This document shows positions 29,338 through 38,845 of a stretch of 64,000 nt of DNA, piece after piece. The DNA is from Candidatus Nanohaloarchaea archaeon (GTDB lineage Archaea > Nanohalarchaeota > Nanosalinia > Nanosalinales > Nanosalinaceae): contig JACOQA010000002.1 in NCBI GenBank assembly GCA_014297435.1, forward strand, positions 32,001 through 96,000, in the 5' to 3' direction. Position 1 is the first letter of the stretch. Each line of letters begins with the position of its first letter. A program made the position numbers and the translations under genes. The notes below the pieces were generated by a model. The model saw only the letters and a program-made list of their open reading frames with translations. It searched no databases and was not told the origin of the DNA.

Positions 29338-31857
29338 ATGAAGCTAAACATAACGAAGAAGAACGTCTCGAAAGCTCTATACGGCGCAGGAACCGTTGCA
29401 GCCGCATCACTCCTGATAGCCGGAGCATCAGCACAGACAAACAACACGACCCAGACCAATCAAAACTCTGACAATACCACACAACAAAACCCAGAAAATA
29501 CTTCTACCAGCCTAGGGGATTTTCCTCAACCATACACCTCGGACAACCAACTCAACTCAATAATTGTTTACGGCGAGTCAGCCTCCGAAACCGATGTTAA
29601 CTCTGCGAGAAACCTTGCGGAAACACTTTACTCCGAAACCGGTCAGGAACCAAACGATACAGAAACCTCGAACACGACAAGCATGCAAGTACCTCTCACA
29701 ACAGAGAATGAAAGGCTTTACCTCGGATCGGGCATAGACGCTGCCAGAAACATTCTGACAGAAGACGACCTAGAACCGCTTAGAACAACCGAGTTTAACG
29801 GTGAGGAGGAGACAGAGGTCGAACAGTTCCTTAGAGTCGGAAACCAGAACATTTCTTTCGGAAGACCTGACGATGACTCCGAACCTTTCTTCTACATACA
29901 GAACCCGGTTCCAAGCCAGGAAAACCATCTCTACGAGTTAGAAGCTAACATGGATAGCCCTGTAGACTTTACATCCGAGGAAGCTTCGGGAGAGGACCTA
30001 AGTCTATTCGGCAGAACCTTCAGTGTTTCAAGCGAAACAAACGAGGACGAACTTGTTTTATTGACCGGTCAAAGAGATCTTGAGCTTAGAACCAACCAGT
30101 CCCGTACAGTAACGGTTGATGGAACCGACCACACCTTTTCCGTTGTAAGCGTTAACGATGGACAGGTCGCTATGAGGGTTGACGGAGAGCTGGAACAGTA
30201 TGAGGAAGACGAAAGCTTCGGTCTTAATGATGCGTCGATGAGAGTCGAAGAACTGATCGACTTAGAAGGAAGTAACGGCATCATACGTCTATCAGCCGGT
30301 TCAACCCAGTTAACATTTAGTAACGGTCAGATAAGCTCAGGCGGTGAAGAAATATCCGGCTTAAGTTATTCAGCGGCAGGCGGCTTCAACGAACTCGAAT
30401 CACTAAGTATCTTCATCGGAGCTACTGACGACGACAGCACCTGGATCAGGGAAGGCGAATCCTACACGTCCAACCTTTTCAGCCCTTCACTTAGCTTCGA
30501 AGGGTTTTCGAGAACCGGAACAAGCTCTGTAGAAGTAAATTCCGGTGAAACCACACAGGTCAGCTTCAACACCTCGGAAGAAAGCGCCTCAATCGGTTTT
30601 TCAACAGCAGTAGGAAACTCGACAGTTCTAGGACCTGAGGAGAACCAGACGATCGCAACTTACCAGAACCAGTCGCTTAACGAGGACGACTACATCCCTA
30701 CGGATGCCTCAGGCATCTCAAGGCTTTGGAGGATAGAAGGTGTTGATGCCGACGAAAACGTTTCAGAAGGACAGGCTTCCCTGGAACTTCAGGACGAACT
30801 ATCCGGCGCCTCTGCAAACGTCGAACTTGAGCCTTCAGAAGGCATTTACAAAGCTGAGAAAGTGGTTGACGGCAGAAGCTTCAGGTTTTACGTTACACCT
30901 GATGAAGAGGTGAGTGCGGTCTGGGATCCCGATACAACACCGCTGTTTCCCGCACTCCAGTCAGGACAGTCCGCCGTAGCCATGATTGATGACGTGATGC
31001 TTGATTTCGAAGGCGAGAGAACTTTCAGGCTTCCCGCCACGTCTGGAGAACCCACAGTAACAATCTCATCCTCAAGCGATTCGGTTGAAGCTGTTTCAAG
31101 CTCTCCAGGTGTAGAAACGAGAACGGAAAACGACACAGTTATTGCAACAGTGGAAGGCGGTCAGGAGTACGGTTTCAGGATACAGGACGGTCAGGTAATG
31201 GCAGGCGCCTACTCCGACAACAACATTATCGACAACCCTTCTCTTTTGATCGTTGAGCCTTCGAACAGCGATAACCAGCAGGAATCATACGTTGTGGAGA
31301 CAGGAGTAGATGACGAGGAAGCAGTTGTCAACGAAGCATACTACTCTGGTTTTATTCAGACAGCTGAGACGGATGACGAGGAGACTGTGGGTTACGACCG
31401 TTTCGGCGCCCGCTCCTTGTACGATGAGGATGATGGAGGTTTCGAGCTTTCGATACCTGAAACACAGGCTTACGCCGAACTAGGCTTCACCACATCCACC
31501 AACCAAACACAGGTCGATGAACAAGATTCGACTCCTGATATCGTTTACAACGCTTCAAACCCTCAGGTTTCAGAGTTGAGCCAGGACTCGAATGTAATCC
31601 TTGTGGGCGGTCCTGCAGTAAACTCTTTGACCCAAGAACTGGCTTCACAGGGCGTAACCCTTCCAGCAAACCAGTACAGTTCAAGCGGATGGCTTCTCCA
31701 GTCAACAGAAGGCTTTGGAGGAAACGCTTTGATTGTTGCGGGAACTACCGCAGAGGACACTGCCTCAGCAGCGGATTTCCTCTCGAACTACAGGGAGAAC
31801 TCTGAAATGCTTCAAAACAGATCTCTGCTCAGAAGTACCGAGGTCGAGACCAACTAA
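29338..31857 (+). CDS. S-layer protein paralogue 3, rich in N-glycosylation sequons
   Basis: DFPQPY, NVILVGGPAVN, ALIVAG...DT; ATG 29338 after SD AGGTGG. Confidence 0.88.
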   Translation: MKLNITKKNVSKALYGAGTVAAASLLIAGASAQTNNTTQTNQNSDNTTQQNPENTSTSLGDFPQPYTSDNQLNSIIVYGESASETDVNSARNLAETLYSETGQEPNDTETSNTTSMQVPLTTENERLYLGSGIDAARNILTEDDLEPLRTTEFNGEEETEVEQFLRVGNQNISFGRPDDDSEPFFYIQNPVPSQENHLYELEANMDSPVDFTSEEASGEDLSLFGRTFSVSSETNEDELVLLTGQRDLELRTNQSRTVTVDGTDHTFSVVSVNDGQVAMRVDGELEQYEEDESFGLNDASMRVEELIDLEGSNGIIRLSAGSTQLTFSNGQISSGGEEISGLSYSAAGGFNELESLSIFIGATDDDSTWIREGESYTSNLFSPSLSFEGFSRTGTSSVEVNSGETTQVSFNTSEESASIGFSTAVGNSTVLGPEENQTIATYQNQSLNEDDYIPTDASGISRLWRIEGVDADENVSEGQASLELQDELSGASANVELEPSEGIYKAEKVVDGRSFRFYVTPDEEVSAVWDPDTTPLFPALQSGQSAVAMIDDVMLDFEGERTFRLPATSGEPTVTISSSSDSVEAVSSSPGVETRTENDTVIATVEGGQEYGFRIQDGQVMAGAYSDNNIIDNPSLLIVEPSNSDNQQESYVVETGVDDEEAVVNEAYYSGFIQTAETDDEETVGYDRFGARSLYDEDDGGFELSIPETQAYAELGFTTSTNQTQVDEQDSTPDIVYNASNPQVSELSQDSNVILVGGPAVNSLTQELASQGVTLPANQYSSSGWLLQSTEGFGGNALIVAGTTAEDTASAADFLSNYRENSEMLQNRSLLRSTEVETN

Positions 31858-31916
31858 ACTTTTTCCTTTTTCTTCTTTTGATTAATTTAACTTTTTGCTG
31901 GCAAATAATTAGTTGA

Positions 31917-32612
31917 ATGAGCCAGGTCGATCTCTCCACAGAGGAACTCACCCGATACAAAACGATAGATTTTGTCCAAAGCGTGGAAGATTACAGGTTT
32001 CTGAAGAGTGAAATGGACGACGAGGCATGGAGGTTTGCCTATGAGTCAGGTCCAAAAATTATAGAGGAACTGATAGATATCGCGCACCATGAAGAACGTC
32101 CTGACAAAGTTAAGCCCAGAACCCTACTTTCAAACGTCGGTAACTGGCAAGAATACGAGAGAGGTAGGTTCGACCAGTTGATCAACGCACTTGAAGAAAA
32201 GAATGCTTTATCAACCGACAGGAAAGGTTACGTAGAACTAGGGAAGACAAACATGAGAGAATTAGCGAGTTATGATCATTCTCTGAAGGCTTACAGACTC
32301 GCAGATCACACCCGAACCAATGTAGATGCCGAAGATACTGTATTCGCACTGAGACATCATGAGGATCCAGAGGCAGTGGAGATTTACGGTCCGACCGTCC
32401 TAGGGATTCTGAGGAATCCTGAACTCGAGGAAAATGAGGTCAAGATGGCTGCAAACCTGGCTTTCGAGAACGCGTTCGAGGAAGTCGATACTAGACAAAC
32501 AGAATGTGCGATCGATTTTTTCGAAGACCTGGGTGTTTTTGATAGAGCTGAAACTTCTGAGATCGATGAAGTTGTCAACGGTTTAGAAGAGTTCTACGAC
32601 ATCAACCTCTAA
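31917..32612 (+). CDS. Hypothetical acidic protein
   Basis: 231-aa ORF; TTTAA about 28 nt upstream. Confidence 0.65.
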   Translation: MSQVDLSTEELTRYKTIDFVQSVEDYRFLKSEMDDEAWRFAYESGPKIIEELIDIAHHEERPDKVKPRTLLSNVGNWQEYERGRFDQLINALEEKNALSTDRKGYVELGKTNMRELASYDHSLKAYRLADHTRTNVDAEDTVFALRHHEDPEAVEIYGPTVLGILRNPELEENEVKMAANLAFENAFEEVDTRQTECAIDFFEDLGVFDRAETSEIDEVVNGLEEFYDINL

Positions 32613-32621
32613 ACCAAGTAT

Positions 32622-33830
32622 TTATTCGTACCTTAATGCTTCCGCCGGTTCTAGCTTGGCTGCTCTTCTCGCAGGTAAAACCCCTGAAACAGTTCCAATA
32701 ATGAATGAGAAAACTAGGGAACCTAGCAAAAGTTCAGGACCTAGGTAAGGGTTTATCGGTATGTTAACTGCCTGTGTCGCACCCCAGGAAGCTAGTGAGG
32801 AGAGCGAGGCACCTACCAGAACCCCTACACCTCCCCCGATCAAACCGAGCACTCCTGATTCGAGTATAAAGAGAAGCATAACCTGCCGGTTTGTGGCGCC
32901 TATAGCCTTCATAACGCCAATTTCACGTGTTCTCTGGGTTACCGCCGTATACATCGTATTCATTATACCGACTGCGCCTACAAGAAGAGAGATTGAAGCT
33001 ATTCCTATTACAACACCTCTTACAACGTTCAGTATGCTTGTGAAAGATGAAATCAGGTCTTCCTGGGTTGAAACAGTGAATCTCTCGTTGCCTTCCTCAA
33101 CGTTTCTTCTCTGCCTTAAAGCCTCTTCAACCTCCTCTTTGGCTTCTTCGGCTTCAAATCCATCTTGAATCCTTGCAAAAATCCAGTCGTACGTATCTTC
33201 TTCGGCTTCAAGCAGTTCTCTTGCGTTTTCTATAGGCAGTTGGACTGCGCCATCGATAGAGGGATCGCCTGTTGGCTTCAGTATACCCGCCACCCTGTAA
33301 GTCTTGTTCCTGACCTCTAACTGAGATCTTATACCTATATCAGTATTGAACTTATCAGAGATCGCGCTGCCGATAACTATGCTCGATGTGTCGGTAGGTC
33401 TTAGTTCTCTTCCTTCACCGACCTCCATCGCCCAACTTGTCTCAACTATCTGTTTCGCCTCGCCCATAGGAATACCTAAAACCACAACAAATTCTTTGTT
33501 ATCATCGTAACTGATCTGCGCTGTCTTGAATAATGCGCCTCCAGCCTCATCAACCGATTTTACATTCTTTATAGCCTGGAGATCCTCATCGGTTAAAGTA
33601 GAGCCCGAGGCTGTGTTCCCCTGGGTCTGATCTCCGCCAGGGTTGATGAAAAGTTTGTTGCTACCTATAGACTCGAACTCCTTCTCAACAGAATCCTCTA
33701 ACCCCTGACCCAGAGAGACCAGAGAAACAACAGCAGCTATACCTATGAAGATTCCTATGACGGTGAGCCAGGATCTTCTCTTCCTGTGGAGTAGGTTCCT
33801 AACTGCCAAAGTAAAGAAGTCGTTTATCAT
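32622..33830 (-). CDS. ABC transporter permease (MacB/FtsX family)
   Basis: RSWLTVIGIFIGIAAV, GIMNTMY..VTQRTREIGVMKAIGA, PARRAAKLEPAEALRYE. Confidence 0.95.
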   Translation of the reverse strand: MINDFFTLAVRNLLHRKRRSWLTVIGIFIGIAAVVSLVSLGQGLEDSVEKEFESIGSNKLFINPGGDQTQGNTASGSTLTDEDLQAIKNVKSVDEAGGALFKTAQISYDDNKEFVVVLGIPMGEAKQIVETSWAMEVGEGRELRPTDTSSIVIGSAISDKFNTDIGIRSQLEVRNKTYRVAGILKPTGDPSIDGAVQLPIENARELLEAEEDTYDWIFARIQDGFEAEEAKEEVEEALRQRRNVEEGNERFTVSTQEDLISSFTSILNVVRGVVIGIASISLLVGAVGIMNTMYTAVTQRTREIGVMKAIGATNRQVMLLFILESGVLGLIGGGVGVLVGASLSSLASWGATQAVNIPINPYLGPELLLGSLVFSFIIGTVSGVLPARRAAKLEPAEALRYE

Positions 33831-35023
33831 CCGTGTCGTATCGCCTCCGCCGGTTCAAGCCTAGAAGCTTTCAAAGCAGGCAAAACACCTGAAACCATAC
33901 CCACAATGAAAGAGAAGAAGAGAGACCCTAAGATCAGTTCTAGACCTACGTAGGCTGTAATCCCTATGCCTAGCTGCGAGCTAATGACTGATGTTGCCGC
34001 CCAGCTAAGCCCTATGCCTATCGTGGCGCCCATAGCACCTCCAACCAACCCTATTGCACCAGATTCGATTAGGAAGAGCGTAAGGATCTGTCTTTTGGTA
34101 GCTCCGATCGCCTTCATAACACCTATCTCACGGGTTCTTTCAGTAACCGACGTGTACATAGTGTTCATTATTCCTACAGCACCGACAAGCAAAGAAATAG
34201 AACCTATACCAAGTAGTACGCCTCTGACTATACTTAACTGGTTGTTCAATGATCTTATCAGGTCTTCAGCAGTATTTGTAGTAAAATCTTCTTCACCTTC
34301 TTCAAGATCTCTTTCATTCCTAAGGTTTTTCTCAATATCCTCCTCAACTTCAGAAGGCGTATAACCCTCTTGAACCTTTACATTTATCGAACCGAAACTT
34401 TCAGGTCTATCTAAAAGCTCTCGTGCCTCCTCCATAGCCATAACTATGCCAGAGTCAACATTACGGTTACTAGAAGACTTACTTACACCAACAACTCTGT
34501 AATCATTTCCATTTATTTCTATTCTGGATCTAGGCTCCAGGTCTTGATCTTCCGCAATACTCTGACCTACAACCACGCCAGAACTGCCCGTAGATCTCAG
34601 ATATCTGCCTTCAGACACCCCTATATCCAATGTCTGCTTCATCAAATCTGAATCAGGATCTACACCGAAAATCTGACGGAAAGATGTCTCATCATCAATC
34701 TCAACAATTAAAGAGCCTGAAACCCTCCCCTCAACAATATCAACACCTCGAGTTCTCCTAATAGTTTCTATATCGTCTTCATCAAGTTTGGCGGCTGTAC
34801 CCGAAAATCTTTCTGCCACACTCCCGCCCCCGGGAGAAACATATACTTTATCGGCACCTATGTCCTTAAATTCATCTTCTATAGAGGTCTGGAGACCCTG
34901 ACCTATCGAAATAAGTGATACAACAGCCATTATCCCTATCAGGGTGCCGATTATTGTAAGCCAGGATCTCTTGTCCCTGTGCCTGATGTTCCTGTAAGCC
35001 AGTTTCAGGAAGTCAAGCAGCAT
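33827..35023 (-). CDS. ABC transporter permease (MacB/FtsX family), paralogue
   Basis: Same motifs (ERTREIGVMKAIGA); ATGA overlap with the next gene. Confidence 0.95.
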   Translation of the reverse strand: MLLDFLKLAYRNIRHRDKRSWLTIIGTLIGIMAVVSLISIGQGLQTSIEDEFKDIGADKVYVSPGGGSVAERFSGTAAKLDEDDIETIRRTRGVDIVEGRVSGSLIVEIDDETSFRQIFGVDPDSDLMKQTLDIGVSEGRYLRSTGSSGVVVGQSIAEDQDLEPRSRIEINGNDYRVVGVSKSSSNRNVDSGIVMAMEEARELLDRPESFGSINVKVQEGYTPSEVEEDIEKNLRNERDLEEGEEDFTTNTAEDLIRSLNNQLSIVRGVLLGIGSISLLVGAVGIMNTMYTSVTERTREIGVMKAIGATKRQILTLFLIESGAIGLVGGAMGATIGIGLSWAATSVISSQLGIGITAYVGLELILGSLFFSFIVGMVSGVLPALKASRLEPAEAIRHG

Positions 35024-36207
35024 TATCTCTCTCGTCTCTTCCTCCAGTAGTAGATACCGCCGACAGCCAACAAAACAACCACGATCAACGGCATAATACT
35101 TCCGCTGCTTGTTAATCCGTATCTTTCAAGCTCCTTAGAAGTGTAAAGCTTGGCGTCGACCGTCTGTGTCTCGGATTTCTGGGAATCAGACTTGTAACCA
35201 ATTTCTACAGGTATCTGAAGGTTTTCCGCTTCTCCAGAAGCGTGAAGTCTGAGCTCGACTGTCTGGTAGTCATCAGGATCCATCTCCCCTATGTACTCAG
35301 AACTTGATGAAAGCAGTTCGAAGCTTTCTGACTCTTGGACCTCCAAGTCAACGAAGTCGGCTGATCCTTCCCCGCTGTTAATCAGTCTTAAGGTGACTGT
35401 TCCTGTCGAACCGGGTGTAAGTGTTCCGGCATCGTTGACCCCTAGCTTGAGATCAGGTTCTCCGCCTACAACTAAAGCAGTAGTGGAGTCAACTGAGAAA
35501 GATGTTCCTGCCTCGTTCTCATATTCAAGACCTAGAGGAAGTTTGAAGACACCGTTCTCAGCTGATTCGTCTACGTTAAGCTGGAAGGAGACGTTTCTGG
35601 ATTTTCCTGGCTCGATCTTCCTCAGATTAGCTATGTTTGAGTCGGAGGCAGCTGCTGGAACCTGTTCGGACCCTAGCTTGACCTCTATATTTTTGATCTG
35701 TGAATCAGCCATGTTTTCAAGTTTTACAGTCATAGTTTCTGAGGCGCCCGGCGCCACTTTGTCCGGAAACTCTACGTTCGAGATTGAGAGGATCGAGCTG
35801 TCGGTTCTAATCTCTACAGGCACTTTTTTCTCTAATTCAATGTTTTCTGAGCCTACTGTTGTCTTGAACTCGAGCATGTTTTCGCCGTGCACCGCGTTCT
35901 CATCCACTTTAGCTTCTAAATGTATCTGGCTTGACTCTCCTGGAACCAGTTCGCCTAAGCTCCAGGAAGTTTTGTCATCAGGGTCAACTGAGAAAGGATA
36001 GTTTTCGAGGAACCGGATTTCTACATCATTTGCGGCTGTCGATCCAGTGTTCCTTACTTCGAGCCATATGTCGGCGTATTCGGATGACTGGAGCGGCGTG
36101 GGCTCCAGAGTCTTTTTCGTGATTTCTATTTGGTTTGAAGATTGTGCGGCTGCGATACCTGTAAGCATCAGCAGCGAAACTGTTAGTGCTAGTGTTTTAG
36201 TTTTCAT
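35023..36207 (-). CDS. COG1361 S-layer-domain protein (Ig-like repeats, C-terminal anchor)
   Basis: Signal peptide, repeated N-x-G...A..V and LGEL-x-PG motifs, C-terminal TM plus RKRRER. Confidence 0.85.
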   Translation of the reverse strand: MKTKTLALTVSLLMLTGIAAAQSSNQIEITKKTLEPTPLQSSEYADIWLEVRNTGSTAANDVEIRFLENYPFSVDPDDKTSWSLGELVPGESSQIHLEAKVDENAVHGENMLEFKTTVGSENIELEKKVPVEIRTDSSILSISNVEFPDKVAPGASETMTVKLENMADSQIKNIEVKLGSEQVPAAASDSNIANLRKIEPGKSRNVSFQLNVDESAENGVFKLPLGLEYENEAGTSFSVDSTTALVVGGEPDLKLGVNDAGTLTPGSTGTVTLRLINSGEGSADFVDLEVQESESFELLSSSSEYIGEMDPDDYQTVELRLHASGEAENLQIPVEIGYKSDSQKSETQTVDAKLYTSKELERYGLTSSGSIMPLIVVVLLAVGGIYYWRKRRER

Positions 36208-36922
36208 CGTCTTTCTCCTTGTTCTTCAGTTTTTCCTGGTTCTCAAGGTCTTCATCAGGATTTGTTTTTCCGTCAACTATTCTTACGATTCTATCAGCGT
36301 ACTCAGCATCGTTTGGATCGTGTGTAACCATTATTATAGTCTTACCTTCATCGTTAAGCTCTGTCAAAAGATCCATGATCTTGGATCCTGTCTCTGTATC
36401 GAGGTTTCCTGTAGGCTCGTCCGCCAGAATTATATCGGGATTGTTCGCGAGGCTTCTGGCTATTGAAACTCTCTGGCGTTGACCTCCTGAAAGCTCTGAA
36501 GGTCTAAAAGTTTTTCTGTCACCCAGACCTACTTCTTCAAGTAGTTCATCGGCTCTCTCAACCCTTTTCTTCTTCGGAGTGTTCCTGAAGATCATGGGCA
36601 GGGCAACGTTTTGGCGTGCGTTCATAGAGTTAATCAAGTTGAATTCCTGGAAGATAAAGCCGATTTTCTTGCTTCTCAGAAGCGCGAGCTGGTTTTCGGA
36701 CATCTGATTGATCTCTTCACCGTCAATATTTACTTCGCCTTCACTGGGAACGTCTAGTGCACCTATCATGTTCATGAGTGTTGATTTTCCCGATCCGGAT
36801 GGACCCATTACTGCAATGAACTCTCCTTCCTCTATCTCTACGTTCGATCCTCTCAGGGCTCTTACTATTGTTTCTCCGAGCTGGTAGTTCTTCTCGACGT
36901 CCTGAAGGCTGATTATGGACAT
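36197..36922 (-). CDS. ABC transporter ATP-binding protein (LolD/MacB-like)
   Basis: GPSGSGKST, LSGGQRQR, ADEPTGNLD, VTHD. Confidence 0.97.
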   Translation of the reverse strand: MSIISLQDVEKNYQLGETIVRALRGSNVEIEEGEFIAVMGPSGSGKSTLMNMIGALDVPSEGEVNIDGEEINQMSENQLALLRSKKIGFIFQEFNLINSMNARQNVALPMIFRNTPKKKRVERADELLEEVGLGDRKTFRPSELSGGQRQRVSIARSLANNPDIILADEPTGNLDTETGSKIMDLLTELNDEGKTIIMVTHDPNDAEYADRIVRIVDGKTNPDEDLENQEKLKNKEKDDEN

Positions 36923-37044
36923 AGCTGTGTTCCTATAAGTTTGGTTTGTTTTCTCTGTCTTATAACTTTGAGACAGGCGTTCGATCTTAATCGAACAAAA
37001 AATGGGGTCGAGGTTATAAACGGTTGAAGCCCGAAAAAATCTGT

Positions 37045-37248
37045 ATGTCAGAGGAAGAAGAGATTGTGGATGAGCTTGAGCACGAGGTCGAGACCTTGGA
37101 TCACGAGTTTGAGGAGGTTAAGGAATCTGATGCTGAAGGGGATCTGAAGGATAAACAGGAGCGTGTGGAGGAGATCCTTTCAGAGGTTCATGAGCAACTG
37201 GATTTCTTGAAGCAGGTAAGCGAGGAAGAGCCCGTAGAAGAACAATAA
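37045..37248 (+). CDS. Small very acidic coiled-coil protein
   Basis: ATG 37045 about 28 nt after TTATAAA. Confidence 0.65.
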   Translation: MSEEEEIVDELEHEVETLDHEFEEVKESDAEGDLKDKQERVEEILSEVHEQLDFLKQVSEEEPVEEQ

Positions 37249-37285
37249 TTTTAAAGATATAAACAAAAAAGCTATTGTGATACTT

Positions 37286-37705
37286 ATGAGACGCCTAGAC
37301 CGACAAGACGGCTTCGACGACCTCCGAGATCAGATGCAGAGAATGTTAAACCAGTTCCAAAACTTGGGTAAACAGGCAGGAGTCACAGGAGTACCAGTTG
37401 ACATGAGAGAGGAAGACAACGAAATAGTTCTAACCGCCGATATACCAGGCGTTACAAAGGACGATATCAATATCAAGACCGACGAAAATAGGCTTGAAAT
37501 CACAGCTGAAGCAAAGCAGGAGATTAAAGAGGAGAACGAGAAATACATCAGGAAGGAAAGAAGTTCGAGAAAGTTCTCAAGAAAGATTAGTTGGCCCACC
37601 AAGATAGATCCCGAATCAATAAAGGCTAAGTACGATGAAGGCGTTCTAACTGTTAGGGCTGAGAAAGAGGGGGACAGCGACGACTGGAACGTGGAGATCG
37701 AGTAA
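37286..37705 (+). CDS. hsp20: Small heat-shock protein Hsp20
   Basis: PVDMRE...ADIPGV.KDDI...ERS..FSR...AKYDEGVLTV. Confidence 0.95.
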   Translation: MRRLDRQDGFDDLRDQMQRMLNQFQNLGKQAGVTGVPVDMREEDNEIVLTADIPGVTKDDINIKTDENRLEITAEAKQEIKEENEKYIRKERSSRKFSRKISWPTKIDPESIKAKYDEGVLTVRAEKEGDSDDWNVEIE

Positions 37706-38347
37706 CTAGACCTCTTCTAGGAGGTCCTCGCCCCCACCAAACATTCTTCCTTTGAATAGATTTTCATCAATCAATTCAACCATTTCCGACCCCTTAGCTC
37801 TTTCATAGGCTTCCTCCGTACACATGTAGCCTCCGTTCTCCGAGTAGTATGGAAGATCGTCAAGAATTATGGGTTCGTTTACAACATCGTTCCATGCCTC
37901 GACCTGAGGCGAGTAAGGGACCGAAATACCTGTATTAGCTTCTATATTGTCCAGAAGCCTTTTCATGTATTTATTCTGCTTCTCTGCTTTTCTTATAGGA
38001 TTAAAAGTCTCTTCGCTTTGTTCCCTTTCTTCTCGAGAAGGTATACGTCCGGGACTTTTCAGCTCTATCTTTGTTAGCTCTCCGGTAGGCACGTGTAGCT
38101 TTCCTGCATCTAGATCTCCTGCCCATCCTCTGCCTTCGGGTCCTGCCCCTACCTTAGATGCTATCTCGGGATCAACGTTAGAAGGAGTGTGATAGTATTC
38201 TTTGTCAACGAAATAGATTGTGTCATCCCTAAGACCGTCTTTAACCCATTCCTCGACCTTGAAGTCACACAGAACATCGTGCCTCAGTCTTCCTTCTTCG
38301 TAATTGGCGCCAGAATCGACAAATAGCTCAGGCTTCAACTCGACCAC
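37706..38347 (-). CDS. Putative PD-(D/E)xK nuclease-fold protein
   Basis: GDLD...IELKS and KAEKQNKY motifs. Confidence 0.55.
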   Translation of the reverse strand: MVELKPELFVDSGANYEEGRLRHDVLCDFKVEEWVKDGLRDDTIYFVDKEYYHTPSNVDPEIASKVGAGPEGRGWAGDLDAGKLHVPTGELTKIELKSPGRIPSREEREQSEETFNPIRKAEKQNKYMKRLLDNIEANTGISVPYSPQVEAWNDVVNEPIILDDLPYYSENGGYMCTEEAYERAKGSEMVELIDENLFKGRMFGGGEDLLEEV

Positions 38348-38404
38348 TTCTAAGGTCTTCCTGAGCTTTTGAAACCATCCTATATACTACAGCAAATGTG
38401 TTAT

Positions 38405-38830
38405 TTAATACTCTTTCGATTCAACTTGTTCCAGCTCATCAAAAGACGACGCAAGAACAGGTTCTATACCCGAGAAAACCTCATTATCAGGCGTATCAGA
38501 ACTAAAGAAATAATCCTCCGATAACTCATCATAGTCCCCTATTCTGGCGTTATCCGCGTTCGAAATGTACAACCGTGGATTGAAAACCTCCTCACTTAGA
38601 AGCACACCGGTAGACCTCAGGACGTCGACAACCTCGGACCTATCAACTTCGGCAGACTTGTCGTAAAACCAGCCTGCCTCAACCTTGTACGCATCATGAT
38701 CATACTTCAGAATATCTGCTTTTGAACCATTCGCAAGCCAGACGTCGCGTGTAATCAGGTCAAAAGAGCTTTCACCAAGCTCGGAAATTTCTCTCTCAAA
38801 CCTCCAATCCCGAACTTCTTGCCACAACAT
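38405..38830 (-). CDS. Hypothetical protein, possibly degenerate PD-(D/E)xK fold
   Basis: RDVWLANGSKADIL...YKVEAG (Lys of ExK missing). Confidence 0.45.
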   Translation of the reverse strand: MLWQEVRDWRFEREISELGESSFDLITRDVWLANGSKADILKYDHDAYKVEAGWFYDKSAEVDRSEVVDVLRSTGVLLSEEVFNPRLYISNADNARIGDYDELSEDYFFSSDTPDNEVFSGIEPVLASSFDELEQVESKEY

Positions 38831-38845
38831 ACCTATTTATTAAAC

